Shown here in pieces: positions 1 through 9,314 of a DNA stretch of 64,000 nt (position 1 is its first letter; every line of letters begins with the position of its first letter). Below the pieces are notes generated by a model, which saw nothing but the letters and a program-made list of their open reading frames with translations, ran no database searches and was not told the DNA's origin. The DNA is from Candidatus Bathyarchaeota archaeon (GTDB lineage Archaea; Thermoproteota; Bathyarchaeia; Bathyarchaeales; Bathycorpusculaceae): the NCBI GenBank assembly GCA_963826715.1, contig CAWGYA010000002.1, forward strand, positions 32,001-96,000. Reading direction: 5' to 3'. The position numbers were made by a program, and so were the translations under genes.

Positions 1-1908
1 TGGTTTAATTTTACGATTACAATACCCTATCAAACATACATTCTCCTAACATTAGCCACAATCATTTACGTCTATGGTGGTTGGCCATTCTTAAACGGCC
101 TAACCCATGAGGTAAGAAAACTTCAGCCGGGAATGATGACCCTTATTGGCACGGCAATCTCTGTGGCTTTTTTCTTTTCAGCGGCAACCGTGTTTTTCCC
201 TATCGGAAATGACTTCTTCTGGGAGCTCGCCACCCTAATTGACGTCATGCTTTTAGGGCACTGGATTGAAGCTAGAAGCGTTCTTGGTGCATCCCGAGCA
301 ATTGAGGAACTTGTAAAGATAATGCCCACTTTAGCTCATGTGGTGAAGAACGGAGAAATTGTTGACGTTCCAATTTCAGAGTTGAAGGTAGGCGATGTTG
401 TTTTGATCCGCCCGGGCGAGAAAATTCCCTCTGATGGTACAGTTGTTGAAGGGGAATCGTTTGTAAACGAATCCCTACTCACGGGTGAATCTAAACCTGT
501 TCATAAACAGAATAAAGACATGGTCATTGGCGGAGCGGTAAACGGAGACGGCGCCTTAAGAATTAAGATCGAGCGAACCGGTGAAGAGACATACCTGTCC
601 CAGGTTATAAGGCTGGTCAAGCAGGCTCAAGAAAGTAAGTCTCGAACGCAGGACTTAGCAAACCGGGCGGCTGCCCTTCTATTTTACATAGCAATGACAG
701 CGGGAATACTAACTTTTTTGGTTTGGTATTCTTTAGGTAACACTCAATTTGCGCTCACACGAACGGTAACGGTCTTAGTTATAGCGTGTCCGCATGCTTT
801 GGGATTAGCGATTCCTTTGGTTGTGGCTCTTTCAACGTCAATTACAGCAAAAAGTGGGATTCTAATCAGAGATCGAAGAGCCTTTGAAGAAATCAGAAGT
901 GTAACTGCAGTGGTTTTTGACAAGACAGGTACCTTGACGATGGGTCAGTTTGGAGTTAGCGATGTTGTTTCATATATTTCGGAGAGTGACCTACTGAGTT
1001 TGACTGCTGCTGTAGAGCAAAACTCAGAGCACGTAATAGCAAAAGCGATTGTTGAATATGCCAAGCTGAAGGTTAAGAAAATTTCTAACGCTACAGATTT
1101 CAAAGCTATTTCTGGAAAAGGCGCTAAGGCAAAGGTTGGAGCTCATAGCGTGTACGTTGGGAGCCCAAATCTTCTAAAAGAATTAAACATTGAGGCAAAT
1201 GACGAAAAAATCGTTGAGCTTCAAGAACAGGGCAAGACCGTTGTTTTCTGCGTTGTTGATGGAAAACTTGCAGGTGCTTTCGCTCTTGCCGACAAAATTC
1301 GAGAAGAATCACGAACTGCTATTGAGGATTTGAAAGCAAAAGGAATCAAAGTCTACATGTTGACTGGTGATGCTGAAGCGGTTGCGAAAGGTGTCTCAAA
1401 GGAGCTTGGCATTGACGACTATTTTGCGCAGGTCTTGCCCGATCAGAAAGCGGAGAAAATCAAGTCGTTAAAAGATCAGGGTTACAAGGTAGCTATGGTG
1501 GGTGATGGCGTCAACGACGCTCCAGCTTTGGTAACGGCAGATGTTGGTATCGCAATTGGTGCAGGAACTGACGTGGCTATAGAGAGTGCCGATATTATTC
1601 TTGTTAAGAATGATCCTCGTGATGTCCCAAAGGTGGCTGAGCTTTCAAAGAAAACCTATTCTAAAATGGTTCAGAATTTATGGTGGGCTGCGGGTTACAA
1701 TATCTTTGCTATACCTTTGGCTGCAGGTGTTCTTGTCAATTTTGGGGTAGTTATAGATCCAGCGGTTGGAGCGATTCTTATGTCTCTTAGTACTGTTTTG
1801 GTGGCGATTAATAGTCAGACTCTTCGACGATATGAGCCGCATTCTTTGAAACCAAAAATGGAAATGCAAGCATCAGGGCAGGAAATGGGGCATATGCATC
1901 ATTCTTGA
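1..1908 (+). CDS. copB: Copper-exporting P1B-type ATPase (CopB-like), 5'-truncated by the window edge
   Basis: Frame is open from base 1. Motifs TGES, CPH (IACPHALGLAIP), DKTGT, SEH, GDGVND, YN and MSLS; His/Met-rich C-terminal tail. Confidence 0.9.
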   Translation, partial: WFNFTITIPYQTYILLTLATIIYVYGGWPFLNGLTHEVRKLQPGMMTLIGTAISVAFFFSAATVFFPIGNDFFWELATLIDVMLLGHWIEARSVLGASRAIEELVKIMPTLAHVVKNGEIVDVPISELKVGDVVLIRPGEKIPSDGTVVEGESFVNESLLTGESKPVHKQNKDMVIGGAVNGDGALRIKIERTGEETYLSQVIRLVKQAQESKSRTQDLANRAAALLFYIAMTAGILTFLVWYSLGNTQFALTRTVTVLVIACPHALGLAIPLVVALSTSITAKSGILIRDRRAFEEIRSVTAVVFDKTGTLTMGQFGVSDVVSYISESDLLSLTAAVEQNSEHVIAKAIVEYAKLKVKKISNATDFKAISGKGAKAKVGAHSVYVGSPNLLKELNIEANDEKIVELQEQGKTVVFCVVDGKLAGAFALADKIREESRTAIEDLKAKGIKVYMLTGDAEAVAKGVSKELGIDDYFAQVLPDQKAEKIKSLKDQGYKVAMVGDGVNDAPALVTADVGIAIGAGTDVAIESADIILVKNDPRDVPKVAELSKKTYSKMVQNLWWAAGYNIFAIPLAAGVLVNFGVVIDPAVGAILMSLSTVLVAINSQTLRRYEPHSLKPKMEMQASGQEMGHMHHS

Positions 1909-1952
1909 AAAGATGTGGAAATTTGTATAGTTATCCATCAATTATTAATATG

Positions 1953-2705
1953 TCATTGACGTCTTCTTGATTTTCTCTTGCTCAATAGAAGGATGGCGCT
2001 AATTACTACACTGATTACTATAACAATTGCTAAGACAATCAAGATTGCGAATTGGGTGCCGAATTCTGTAGTGGTTGGAGAAGGCATTGTTGAATCGAAA
2101 ATGTTTGTTTCTATGATGCTGTATGAGTAAGTTGATGTTATAGGTGAAGGTTCGGCATCAGTGCTTGTTGTAGACGCTGCTTCTAGTAACATTCCGGAAA
2201 GCTTATCATATACATAGTTTAGTGTCGAATTGTAATTAGGCGTTGAAACTGTAACATCAAGAATGTTAACGCTTCTATCAACTCCTAAGTAGGTTTTGCT
2301 AACTGTTTGATTTATGGAGTAGGTGTTTAGCGGGGGGATTTCGTCTCCCTGCTTGAGGTTAGCGGCTATTATTGGTCCTTGTGTGCTTGGAGTTCCATTG
2401 TCAGTCCCACTTTCAAGATTCCATGTGTCTATAGTGTTGTTACCTGGAAGGGCTGTTCCGTTTTTATATTGTGAAGTTGAACGCAGCGTTACCGTGTTAG
2501 CTGACACGCTTTCTACTTGAAGATTTAGAAAATCAAACTCGCTGAAGGATTCATAGCCTGGACCGCTTCCAACAAAATTTCCATACTTTACGTATTGACC
2601 TTCTGTAACTCCAGAATTGTATTGAACTGCAAAAACTGGAAGGGCTAAGGCTCCCAAAATAAATGTAGCTATAACAAGCGCTGAGAGGAATTTAAAATTT
2701 GACAA
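1953..2705 (-). CDS. Secreted Ser/Thr-rich protein with C-terminal membrane anchor
   Basis: N-terminal signal peptide, C-terminal TM helix followed by a basic tail. Confidence 0.7.
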   Translation of the reverse strand: MSNFKFLSALVIATFILGALALPVFAVQYNSGVTEGQYVKYGNFVGSGPGYESFSEFDFLNLQVESVSANTVTLRSTSQYKNGTALPGNNTIDTWNLESGTDNGTPSTQGPIIAANLKQGDEIPPLNTYSINQTVSKTYLGVDRSVNILDVTVSTPNYNSTLNYVYDKLSGMLLEAASTTSTDAEPSPITSTYSYSIIETNIFDSTMPSPTTTEFGTQFAILIVLAIVIVISVVISAILLLSKRKSRRRQ

Positions 2706-2917
2706 ACCTATTTCTCCTATACTGTAAACTGTGTTTTAGTTAAATAATTATGCGGTTCTCCTTGCTCCGCAATTTGGGCAAAATGTCGCAGTTTGGGGAA
2801 AAAGTGTTCCACAATACTTGCATGGAATCATTACAACCTCACGAATAACTTCTTTTTTATCCTGATTTGCCTCTGAGCCGCAACCACAACCGCATCCAAA
2901 ACCAAAGGGCGCCATTC

Positions 2918-3271
2918 TCAAATCATCCTTATTTCCGAGTAGTTATTTACAATTTCCTGTTTTTGGTTTAGTTGTTCTCTGAGTACTTCTTGCATTATAT
3001 CACAGGCTTGGCTGATTTTGGGGTTTGCCACTTGGTAGTAAACAGAGGATCCTGTTTTTCTGGTTTTTACGATTTGTCTTTGTCTCATTAATGCTAAATG
3101 CTGTGAAATATTGGATTGACTTGCACCAATTATGCCAACCAGTTCACTGACTGTTTTTTCTCCATCTTTCAATATATGCAAAAGCGCTAATCTTAGAGGG
3201 TGCGCAAGTGTTTTTGAAATCTCTGCTTGTAAAATATAGATGTTCATATCAAACTCTTTTTTCGCTATCAA
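2918..3271 (-). CDS. ArsR/SmtB family transcriptional regulator
   Basis: KTLAHPLRLALL...TVSELV...SQSNISQHLALM winged-helix signature. Confidence 0.9.
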   Translation of the reverse strand: MIAKKEFDMNIYILQAEISKTLAHPLRLALLHILKDGEKTVSELVGIIGASQSNISQHLALMRQRQIVKTRKTGSSVYYQVANPKISQACDIMQEVLREQLNQKQEIVNNYSEIRMI

Positions 3272-3356
3272 AGTTTCTTGCCTACTTGTCTTTTAGCTCG
3301 TATTTTTTTTATTAAACAAAAAATGGAGCGGTGAAATTTTGGTTAGTTTCTTTTAG

Positions 3357-4175
3357 CTAAAGGTCAATTGATTGTATGTAGCTTCCATGCCAGGTGTGGT
3401 ACCACACTATTCCGCTGTAGCCGTTGACGCTCATCATGCCGTAGTCTTCGCCATTAAGCATTGCCATCACATGGTAGTATCCGTAGAATGGGAAAACTTC
3501 TCCAACAGTAGCTCCGGGTATGTTAGCGTTTAGCCATTGTTGTGCATCAGCTTTTGCTTGATCTGCCGAAACAGGCATCGCTACGGTTGGTGCTCCAAAG
3601 ATTCCGCCGAGAATTCCGCTACGCATCATTCCGTACTTTATGTTCCAGATCATGTTAGGACCCATCTCGGGGTAGATGCTGCCAGTGTACTTGTCAACTA
3701 AGAGTTCGAAAGCTCCAGTGTTTGTGCTTTTCTCATAAACTTGAATATAGAAGTTGGCAGAATACTCCTCAACCTCTTTTAATGCTAAGTCAGGGTTGCC
3801 AATTGAGCCAACGTAGTTCTCAGCAATGTTTTCTGCAGCGTTTATGTCAAGAGTTGTTCCAGTGTAAGTGTAGGGTGCTGTGTATCCATAGTGACCCATA
3901 ATTCCGCCAAAGCCATAGCCGTTGCCTAATCCACCCATGCAGCCGCCTCCATATTGGAAGGGGTAAACTGGCTGATAATACTGAGTAGAGAGCATTGGAT
4001 TGTAGTTATTATAGTGGCCGTTGTTGTTGTATCCGTACCCGTAGCCTCCGCCCATCATTCCACCAAATCTGCCAAATAGACCGCCCATCTGTGCTGCGGC
4101 AAAGGCTGAAGTAGTTAGAAGGGCTGCTATAATGACTGCGACACTGACAAATGTTATTATTTTCCAGGTTTTCAT
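3357..4175 (-). CDS. Secreted Gly/Met/Tyr-rich protein with two PepSY-like repeats
   Basis: Signal peptide; GGMMGG low-complexity segments; repeated LLVDKYTGSI / MSVNGYSGIV motifs; C-terminal WYHTWHG. Confidence 0.6.
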   Translation of the reverse strand: MKTWKIITFVSVAVIIAALLTTSAFAAAQMGGLFGRFGGMMGGGYGYGYNNNGHYNNYNPMLSTQYYQPVYPFQYGGGCMGGLGNGYGFGGIMGHYGYTAPYTYTGTTLDINAAENIAENYVGSIGNPDLALKEVEEYSANFYIQVYEKSTNTGAFELLVDKYTGSIYPEMGPNMIWNIKYGMMRSGILGGIFGAPTVAMPVSADQAKADAQQWLNANIPGATVGEVFPFYGYYHVMAMLNGEDYGMMSVNGYSGIVWYHTWHGSYIQSIDL

Positions 4176-4504
4176 TTTTTTACCTCATTTTTTATTATTA
4201 TGATATGCTAATGTATTGGAGTGTTAAGATAGTTTGCTGAAACAGATGTGAAACAGTTTTGAAACATGCTCTAAAGACCCTGAATAGCTGCTTTGGCTGT
4301 CTTATTCATGATCTTGAATTATGTTATAATATTCTAATATCGCACTTTTAGACGTTGTGGTGGATTATAGAAATTCTTCCTTAATTCTGAGGAAAGCAAG
4401 CATTGACTATCTATTGGCGCTGATAGTGGGGAGTTATCGAACGCTGAGCTACCCTTAAGTAACTCTTATATTCAGTTATCAATAAGTTAGTAAGAGGCTT
4501 TTTA

Positions 4505-5005
4505 GTGAACTTCAAAGATTCTGAGTTCTTGCTGGCGTTATTAATTGTCATAGTAACAGCCTTGTTTATGGTCGCTGCCTTCCTACATTGGATAAACGTA
4601 AGTTTCTTTGTTGGTCCGCTTCGTTTCAGTCATTGGCTTGCCATAATTGGAACTAGCTACATTGCCATCGATACCCCAGTATTCGTGCTCTTAAAGCGTT
4701 ATTATCCTGAAAAATATAAGGGACTTCTTAGGTACCACATATTCGGTAATCTTCTATTCTTTTCGCTAGTCTCGATTCATTTTTCGGGTCAACTAGGAAG
4801 GTCCGCATTATTCTTTCCGTCTTTGGGAACGGGTTTAGCTATTTACATTTCCATGACTTTAGAAGTGATATCAGGTTTCGCTGAGAGATTCCCATTAATA
4901 AAGCAAATTGACCATAATACTAACAAGTTTATTCACGCCAGTTTGGTTATGGTATTTTTCTTGGTGATAATTTTCCATGTTCTTATCACATTAGGCATTC
5001 TCTAA
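4505..5005 (+). CDS. Integral membrane protein with His residues in TM helices (possibly heme-binding)
   Basis: About 5 hydrophobic helices carrying His (SHW, YHI, IHF, IHA, FHV). Confidence 0.55.
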   Translation: MNFKDSEFLLALLIVIVTALFMVAAFLHWINVSFFVGPLRFSHWLAIIGTSYIAIDTPVFVLLKRYYPEKYKGLLRYHIFGNLLFFSLVSIHFSGQLGRSALFFPSLGTGLAIYISMTLEVISGFAERFPLIKQIDHNTNKFIHASLVMVFFLVIIFHVLITLGIL

Positions 5006-5112
5006 AATCGGGTAGAACTTATCTTTAATATATAACGACCATGCAAGACACGAGTGCTTGCTTGCAAGAAGGGTACCCTTTAGTGATGTATCCTGCTTCA
5101 AGAGGAGGTTCT

Positions 5113-5142
5113 TAGTCGGCGGCAACCCTTGTGGTTGCTCGC
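5113..5142. repeat. 30-bp hairpin motif identical (inverted) to 58820-58849
   Basis: TAGTCGGCGGCAACCCTTGTGGTTGCTCGC is the exact reverse complement of 58820-58849. Internal stem GCAACC-cttgt-GGTTGC. Confidence 0.95.
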
Positions 5143-5182
5143 TTCTATCTATTTTATTCTTTAATCTTACTGTTTAATGTGC

Positions 5183-5202
5183 GGCTGGTGTGTTGGTTGT
5201 AA
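5183..5202 (-). repeat. att site: displaced 3' fragment of rnpB
   Basis: 19/20 identical to 10492-10511, the 3' P1 strand of RNase P RNA. Confidence 0.85.
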
Positions 5203-5284
5203 TTCCACTCCTGTGGAGATATCTCCCGCACCTCTTCCCTTTTTTCATGCTATGGCAACTTAGGGCTTCTGCTGTGCCTAAAAA

Positions 5285-6232
5285 ATGGCATCCCTTCGAG
5301 GCTTCCTCAAAGACTACCTACGACAAAACTTCTCCGTCGATGAAATTGTTGAGAAATACAAAGAATGGGTTTCCGAAAACACCTACATGATACTCTCCAA
5401 ATGGAATAATAAAAAATGGAAAAATGACGTTTTCGCTGTCAAATGCTCCAAACGTGGAAATGATATCTATCGCTGGCGAGTAAAAAGCAGATTTGTAGGT
5501 CTGAGTCATAAAGCAGAGGATTTAGTTTTTTTCAACCCTAAAGACAGAAGTAACGATAAAACTACGTGCGCCCTTTGGACTACACTAACCTATGATACTA
5601 AACTCTGCTCATACAAAGAAGCATGGGAACAAATAGGCATAGAATTTAACGCATTCATGGCTTATGTTAGACGTAATTTTGGAAAGGTTTCCTGTTGCCG
5701 AGTGTTTGAATCCTTCGAGAATGGCTATCCACATATTCATTGTATCTTGCTCTTTTCACAATACACTTTTCAAGTGTTTAGGGATGCTAAAGGTCAATTC
5801 AGAGTGCATGAGAAGGATACTATTGCTAAAGGCTGGCATAGCAACGTTGACGTAAAAGCCATGAGTTCCCTTGCTGGCGGTTTCTCATATCTCAAAAAGT
5901 ACCTGCTAAAAGGCATTGACGCTGAAAACGCTGATTCTAAAGGCTTAAAGACATTGGCTCTCTGTTGGATTTACCGAAAAAGAGCCTTTGCCGTAAGTGG
6001 AACTTTCCGTAAGGCGTTGTCCGACTTGATTACTGATTTGCATAACTCAAACAAACCCACAACACAAGTTACTCTTTTAGGCGAAATAATCCCTGAAGAA
6101 CATTTCTATTTACTCGGTTTCGCCTCAGCTCAGGAACTACAAATAGACAAAAATATTTGGTTCACTATTTTAAATAGTAAACAGTTGACTTTGCTGAATG
6201 ATTGTTTAAAGAAGACATATTATGCTAAGTGA
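5285..6232 (+). CDS. HUH rolling-circle replication initiator (Rep, YxxKY two-tyrosine type)
   Basis: Motif I WTTLTY, motif II GYPHIHCIL, motif III YLKKYLLK. Confidence 0.88.
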   Translation: MASLRGFLKDYLRQNFSVDEIVEKYKEWVSENTYMILSKWNNKKWKNDVFAVKCSKRGNDIYRWRVKSRFVGLSHKAEDLVFFNPKDRSNDKTTCALWTTLTYDTKLCSYKEAWEQIGIEFNAFMAYVRRNFGKVSCCRVFESFENGYPHIHCILLFSQYTFQVFRDAKGQFRVHEKDTIAKGWHSNVDVKAMSSLAGGFSYLKKYLLKGIDAENADSKGLKTLALCWIYRKRAFAVSGTFRKALSDLITDLHNSNKPTTQVTLLGEIIPEEHFYLLGFASAQELQIDKNIWFTILNSKQLTLLNDCLKKTYYAK

Positions 6233-6367
6233 AAAAAATAAAAACAAAATTTAAAAAATAAACCACTGATAGAATACATATAAGAAGCATTCAATAGATT
6301 TTTAATTCTTTATGGTCAACAGCAACAGATTCTTCAGAAACTTAAATAAATATACTTGTTGTAGACT

Positions 6368-7024
6368 ATGGTTGCAATCGATGAAGGTTATTCTATGGCT
6401 CAAGTAATTAAAGCTCAACCCATGGACATGTCCCTTAATTCAATCTGGATGTTAGATCCCGAGTATAAGGGTATCCGCCAATCTTTAGAAAGTAAAGGAT
6501 ATACATTAAAAGAAGAATCAAGAGGCATCTTGACTATAATTGCATCCAAAGGTACAGTAGAAATATTTGTGAATCTGCAAAGGCGTGTATTGGGTATTGG
6601 TAGCGAAACTTCGTCTAAAGATATGCTTGCAGCATATGACGACTTGGATCAAACCTTTACTGATATCGGTATGGAACCTTCTAATCTAATGTTTATTGAG
6701 TTTATAGGCAATTTTATAGTAGAATCCCCTGTAAGTCCAATAGAGACACTGAAAGGTCTAAAATTTGAAAATGATTTATTAATGAAAATAGGTGTAATTT
6801 TAGAAAAAGATGTTGCAAATGTCGGGATAAATCTTACTCTGAAGGAAGCTAATCCTACTGGATCCAATTGGTTGCATATGGTAATTGAACCACTATATCC
6901 AAGCCCTAATAAAAAATATCGTGTTAGAACGATATGTAGAGGCGACAAAGAAGAAGTACTAAAATTTGTTAAAAATATTGAGAAAAGACTGCCAAGAATA
7001 ATTGAAAAAATTGAGAGGAAATAA
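6368..7024 (+). CDS. Hypothetical cargo protein, first gene of a three-gene operon
   Basis: 218-aa ORF, AT-rich; next gene starts 3 bp after its stop. Confidence 0.7.
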   Translation: MVAIDEGYSMAQVIKAQPMDMSLNSIWMLDPEYKGIRQSLESKGYTLKEESRGILTIIASKGTVEIFVNLQRRVLGIGSETSSKDMLAAYDDLDQTFTDIGMEPSNLMFIEFIGNFIVESPVSPIETLKGLKFENDLLMKIGVILEKDVANVGINLTLKEANPTGSNWLHMVIEPLYPSPNKKYRVRTICRGDKEEVLKFVKNIEKRLPRIIEKIERK

Positions 7025-7027
7025 ATT

Positions 7028-7585
7028 ATGGCTCTTTCTGAAGAAAGCACAGGTTTTAGTTTATACGATTGTTCATATTTAACCGAAAGAGATATCGCTT
7101 CTTCTCAGCCAGATTTTTACAAAGAGAGACAATCTTTGGAGCAAAAACCTGAAAAGCTAATAAATATTCTACAAACGCATGAACCGATTTCTGTTGTAAG
7201 TAGAGTTGAAAATTTGCTGTCAAGTGCTGCCGCAAGTGACTACCCACTTAGCCTAAATACTAAACCAATTTATGAAATTTCAGAAGATGCTAATACTTAC
7301 ATTAGTAGACAGAAAAATTTTTCTAAATATGAAAAAGAAATTACGAAAATATCTTGTTGCATATCTGAATTTTTAACCAAGGAAGGTATTTCATCAAAGA
7401 TCACAGTGAGTCTCTTTTCTGATCCTGAATATTCAAACTGGATTGAACCAAGAATCCAAATCGGGGTTAGACAGGAAACTCTACAGAAAACTTATGCCCT
7501 TTTTAATGAACTATTAGAATACTCATTTGTAGGAATATCAAAAAAAACATTAAAAAAGATCGTCGTTACTATTGATAGCCAATAA
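7028..7585 (+). CDS. Hypothetical cargo protein, putative antitoxin partner of the downstream HEPN protein
   Basis: 185-aa ORF abutting the HEPN gene; C-terminal domain contains SLFSDPE. Function inferred from context only. Confidence 0.55.
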   Translation: MALSEESTGFSLYDCSYLTERDIASSQPDFYKERQSLEQKPEKLINILQTHEPISVVSRVENLLSSAAASDYPLSLNTKPIYEISEDANTYISRQKNFSKYEKEITKISCCISEFLTKEGISSKITVSLFSDPEYSNWIEPRIQIGVRQETLQKTYALFNELLEYSFVGISKKTLKKIVVTIDSQ

Positions 7586-8032
7586 GTGGTAATCATGATA
7601 GCTCCCTGCAGCTTCATGCTGTTTGCAAAGAAGCTCGTTCAGCAAACAAATGCTCCTGAAGAAGAGTATCGATCAGCAGTAAGCAGAGCATATTATTCAT
7701 TATACCATGAAACGCTTCATCATTTGGTTCAAAAATATTCATTTGATTTAATAAATAGCATTGAAAAAGCCAAAAGAAGACAATTGACTCAGCATGAAAA
7801 AACCAGACTTAGCGCGCTTGACCCCACCTTTTTGAGAAAATTTAACCTTCATCAAGCAATTTCTGACACGCTTTTTGACCTAAATTATCGGGCAGTTGCA
7901 ACAACTTTTAAGGGTTATAGAGCTCATCGAAATCAAGCCGATTATGACCTAAAACGAAATTTAACACATATTGAAGCAGATGTTATAGTAAAGAACATTG
8001 ATGTTTTTATTGGCGCCATTAAAGCGCTTTAA
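7586..8032 (+). CDS. HEPN domain protein (UPF0332-like)
   Basis: YRSAVSRAYYSLYH and RNQADYD motifs typical of this HEPN class. Confidence 0.82.
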   Translation: MVIMIAPCSFMLFAKKLVQQTNAPEEEYRSAVSRAYYSLYHETLHHLVQKYSFDLINSIEKAKRRQLTQHEKTRLSALDPTFLRKFNLHQAISDTLFDLNYRAVATTFKGYRAHRNQADYDLKRNLTHIEADVIVKNIDVFIGAIKAL

Positions 8033-8161
8033 AACAAGTCAGGTATTAATAAATTAAATAAAAATTTTCCAAAAGCTGATTTAAGAAAGTCGTAAGAGAA
8101 TAAAAGTAATACGTGTAAATCATAGGAGTTTTTGGGATTGTGCCGAGGGAGGAGTGCGGGG

Positions 8162-8260
8162 GGGTACCCTTTAGGGTGGGGTCATCCGCTACGACGACCG
8201 AGGCGCTTAACGGTCGTCGTCTGGAACGTGCGAGGCGAGCGGTAGCCGCCGAGCCACAAA
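8162..8260. other. GC-rich hairpin cluster in element 1 (candidate replication origin or terminator)
   Basis: Perfect 10-bp inverted repeat ACGACGACCG (8191-8200) / CGGTCGTCGT (8211-8220) between convergent genes; 13-mer GGGTACCCTTTAG shared with 5071-5083. Confidence 0.5.
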
Positions 8261-8263
8261 AAA

Positions 8264-8983
8264 CTACTTTCTTACTCTTTTTCCAGTTTCCTTTCTTTTT
8301 CGATATAGCTCACGGTCACTTCTTAACGCATTGGTCAATAGCTCAATTTTCTCAAAAAGTGCTTTTTTGTAGTTATCATTGTAACGACATTTTTCACTTG
8401 CTCTTTCCAATTGAACTCTATATGTAGGTCTTACGACGTAGTTCCAAAAAGATTCGTCGTTTTCGCCATTTTTTAGCTGTAAACCGTCATTTATTGAAAG
8501 TCTCAATTCCCAAAGGTTCAATGCCATAATATCATGTAAATCTCGGTCAGTTTCAAAATCTATTTCGTCGTCAGAAAGATTGCTGTAAAACTCTTCTGTG
8601 GTTATGGGTAAAGCTCGCAATTCTGGGGGAAGGCATGCATTGTTACCAAGGTCAAGGTACTCCAGAATTTCCTCCTTTGGCATAATCATTATGCTTCTAA
8701 ACTTGTCGCTTAAAGCGTAGGTTACCTCTTGAAAGCCAGTTTCAACCCGCTTAACCAACTTCTTTTCCTCTAAATGTTTTAGGTGTTTAGACAAAACCTT
8801 ATTGGTTATCTCGGTGTCTGTCAATTTGGTAACAGCGCTTTTTAGGTAACCAAATCTAAGAATTTTATCCTCCAACAAAATTCTAAGAATGCTCTGGCAA
8901 GTATGGTCAAGAAATTCGGCTGAATCAAACAAAGACTCTCTTTCCTTCTCATCCATTGGCGTTTCATTAACCATTAGATACAC
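8264..8983 (-). CDS. Winged-helix (HxlR/MarR-like) regulator of element 1
   Basis: LRFGYLK...ITNKVLSKHLKHLEEKKLVKR...VTYAL wHTH; divergent from the integrase operon. Confidence 0.75.
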   Translation of the reverse strand: MYLMVNETPMDEKERESLFDSAEFLDHTCQSILRILLEDKILRFGYLKSAVTKLTDTEITNKVLSKHLKHLEEKKLVKRVETGFQEVTYALSDKFRSIMIMPKEEILEYLDLGNNACLPPELRALPITTEEFYSNLSDDEIDFETDRDLHDIMALNLWELRLSINDGLQLKNGENDESFWNYVVRPTYRVQLERASEKCRYNDNYKKALFEKIELLTNALRSDRELYRKRKETGKRVRK

Positions 8984-8992
8984 CCTGTGAAT

Positions 8993-9014
8993 TGGGTACC
9001 AGACTGGGTACCAG
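8993..9014. promoter_or_regulatory. Tandem TGGGTACCAG repeats, putative operator in the divergent promoter
   Basis: Two exact 10-bp copies (8993-9002, 9005-9014) next to the TATA-like TTATTAATAT. Confidence 0.5.
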
Positions 9015-9056
9015 TTATTAATATACTCTTTTTGAGCCTTAAACTCCGTTGGAGGT

Positions 9057-9290
9057 TTGACGGTGAAAAATCAATTAAAACCTAACCAGATAGGCATAGA
9101 AGTAAATGATGTGGACTTAAACAAGATCTGTCGAGTAGGCAAAAAAGTGCAAGTGTTCCTATGCAGAAAAATCGATGACCCATTTGAAATCTACTTGCTC
9201 CTAAAAATCCTCTGCTATTCACTTGAGGAGAAAATGCATTTTCTTCTAGACCCTGAAGACGAACAAGCACTAAGAAAAATTTTTGCTTAA
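9057..9290 (+). CDS. Small hypothetical protein upstream of the integrase
   Basis: 77-aa ORF preceded by a GGAGG Shine-Dalgarno; co-oriented with the integrase. Confidence 0.6.
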   Translation: MTVKNQLKPNQIGIEVNDVDLNKICRVGKKVQVFLCRKIDDPFEIYLLLKILCYSLEEKMHFLLDPEDEQALRKIFA

Positions 9291-9314
9291 TAATCAACTA
9301 AACGAGGTTTAGAG

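Noticed and set aside
8140-8427. 95-aa plus-strand ORF
   Set aside because: Runs through the GC-rich hairpin patch and antisense to the wHTH gene.
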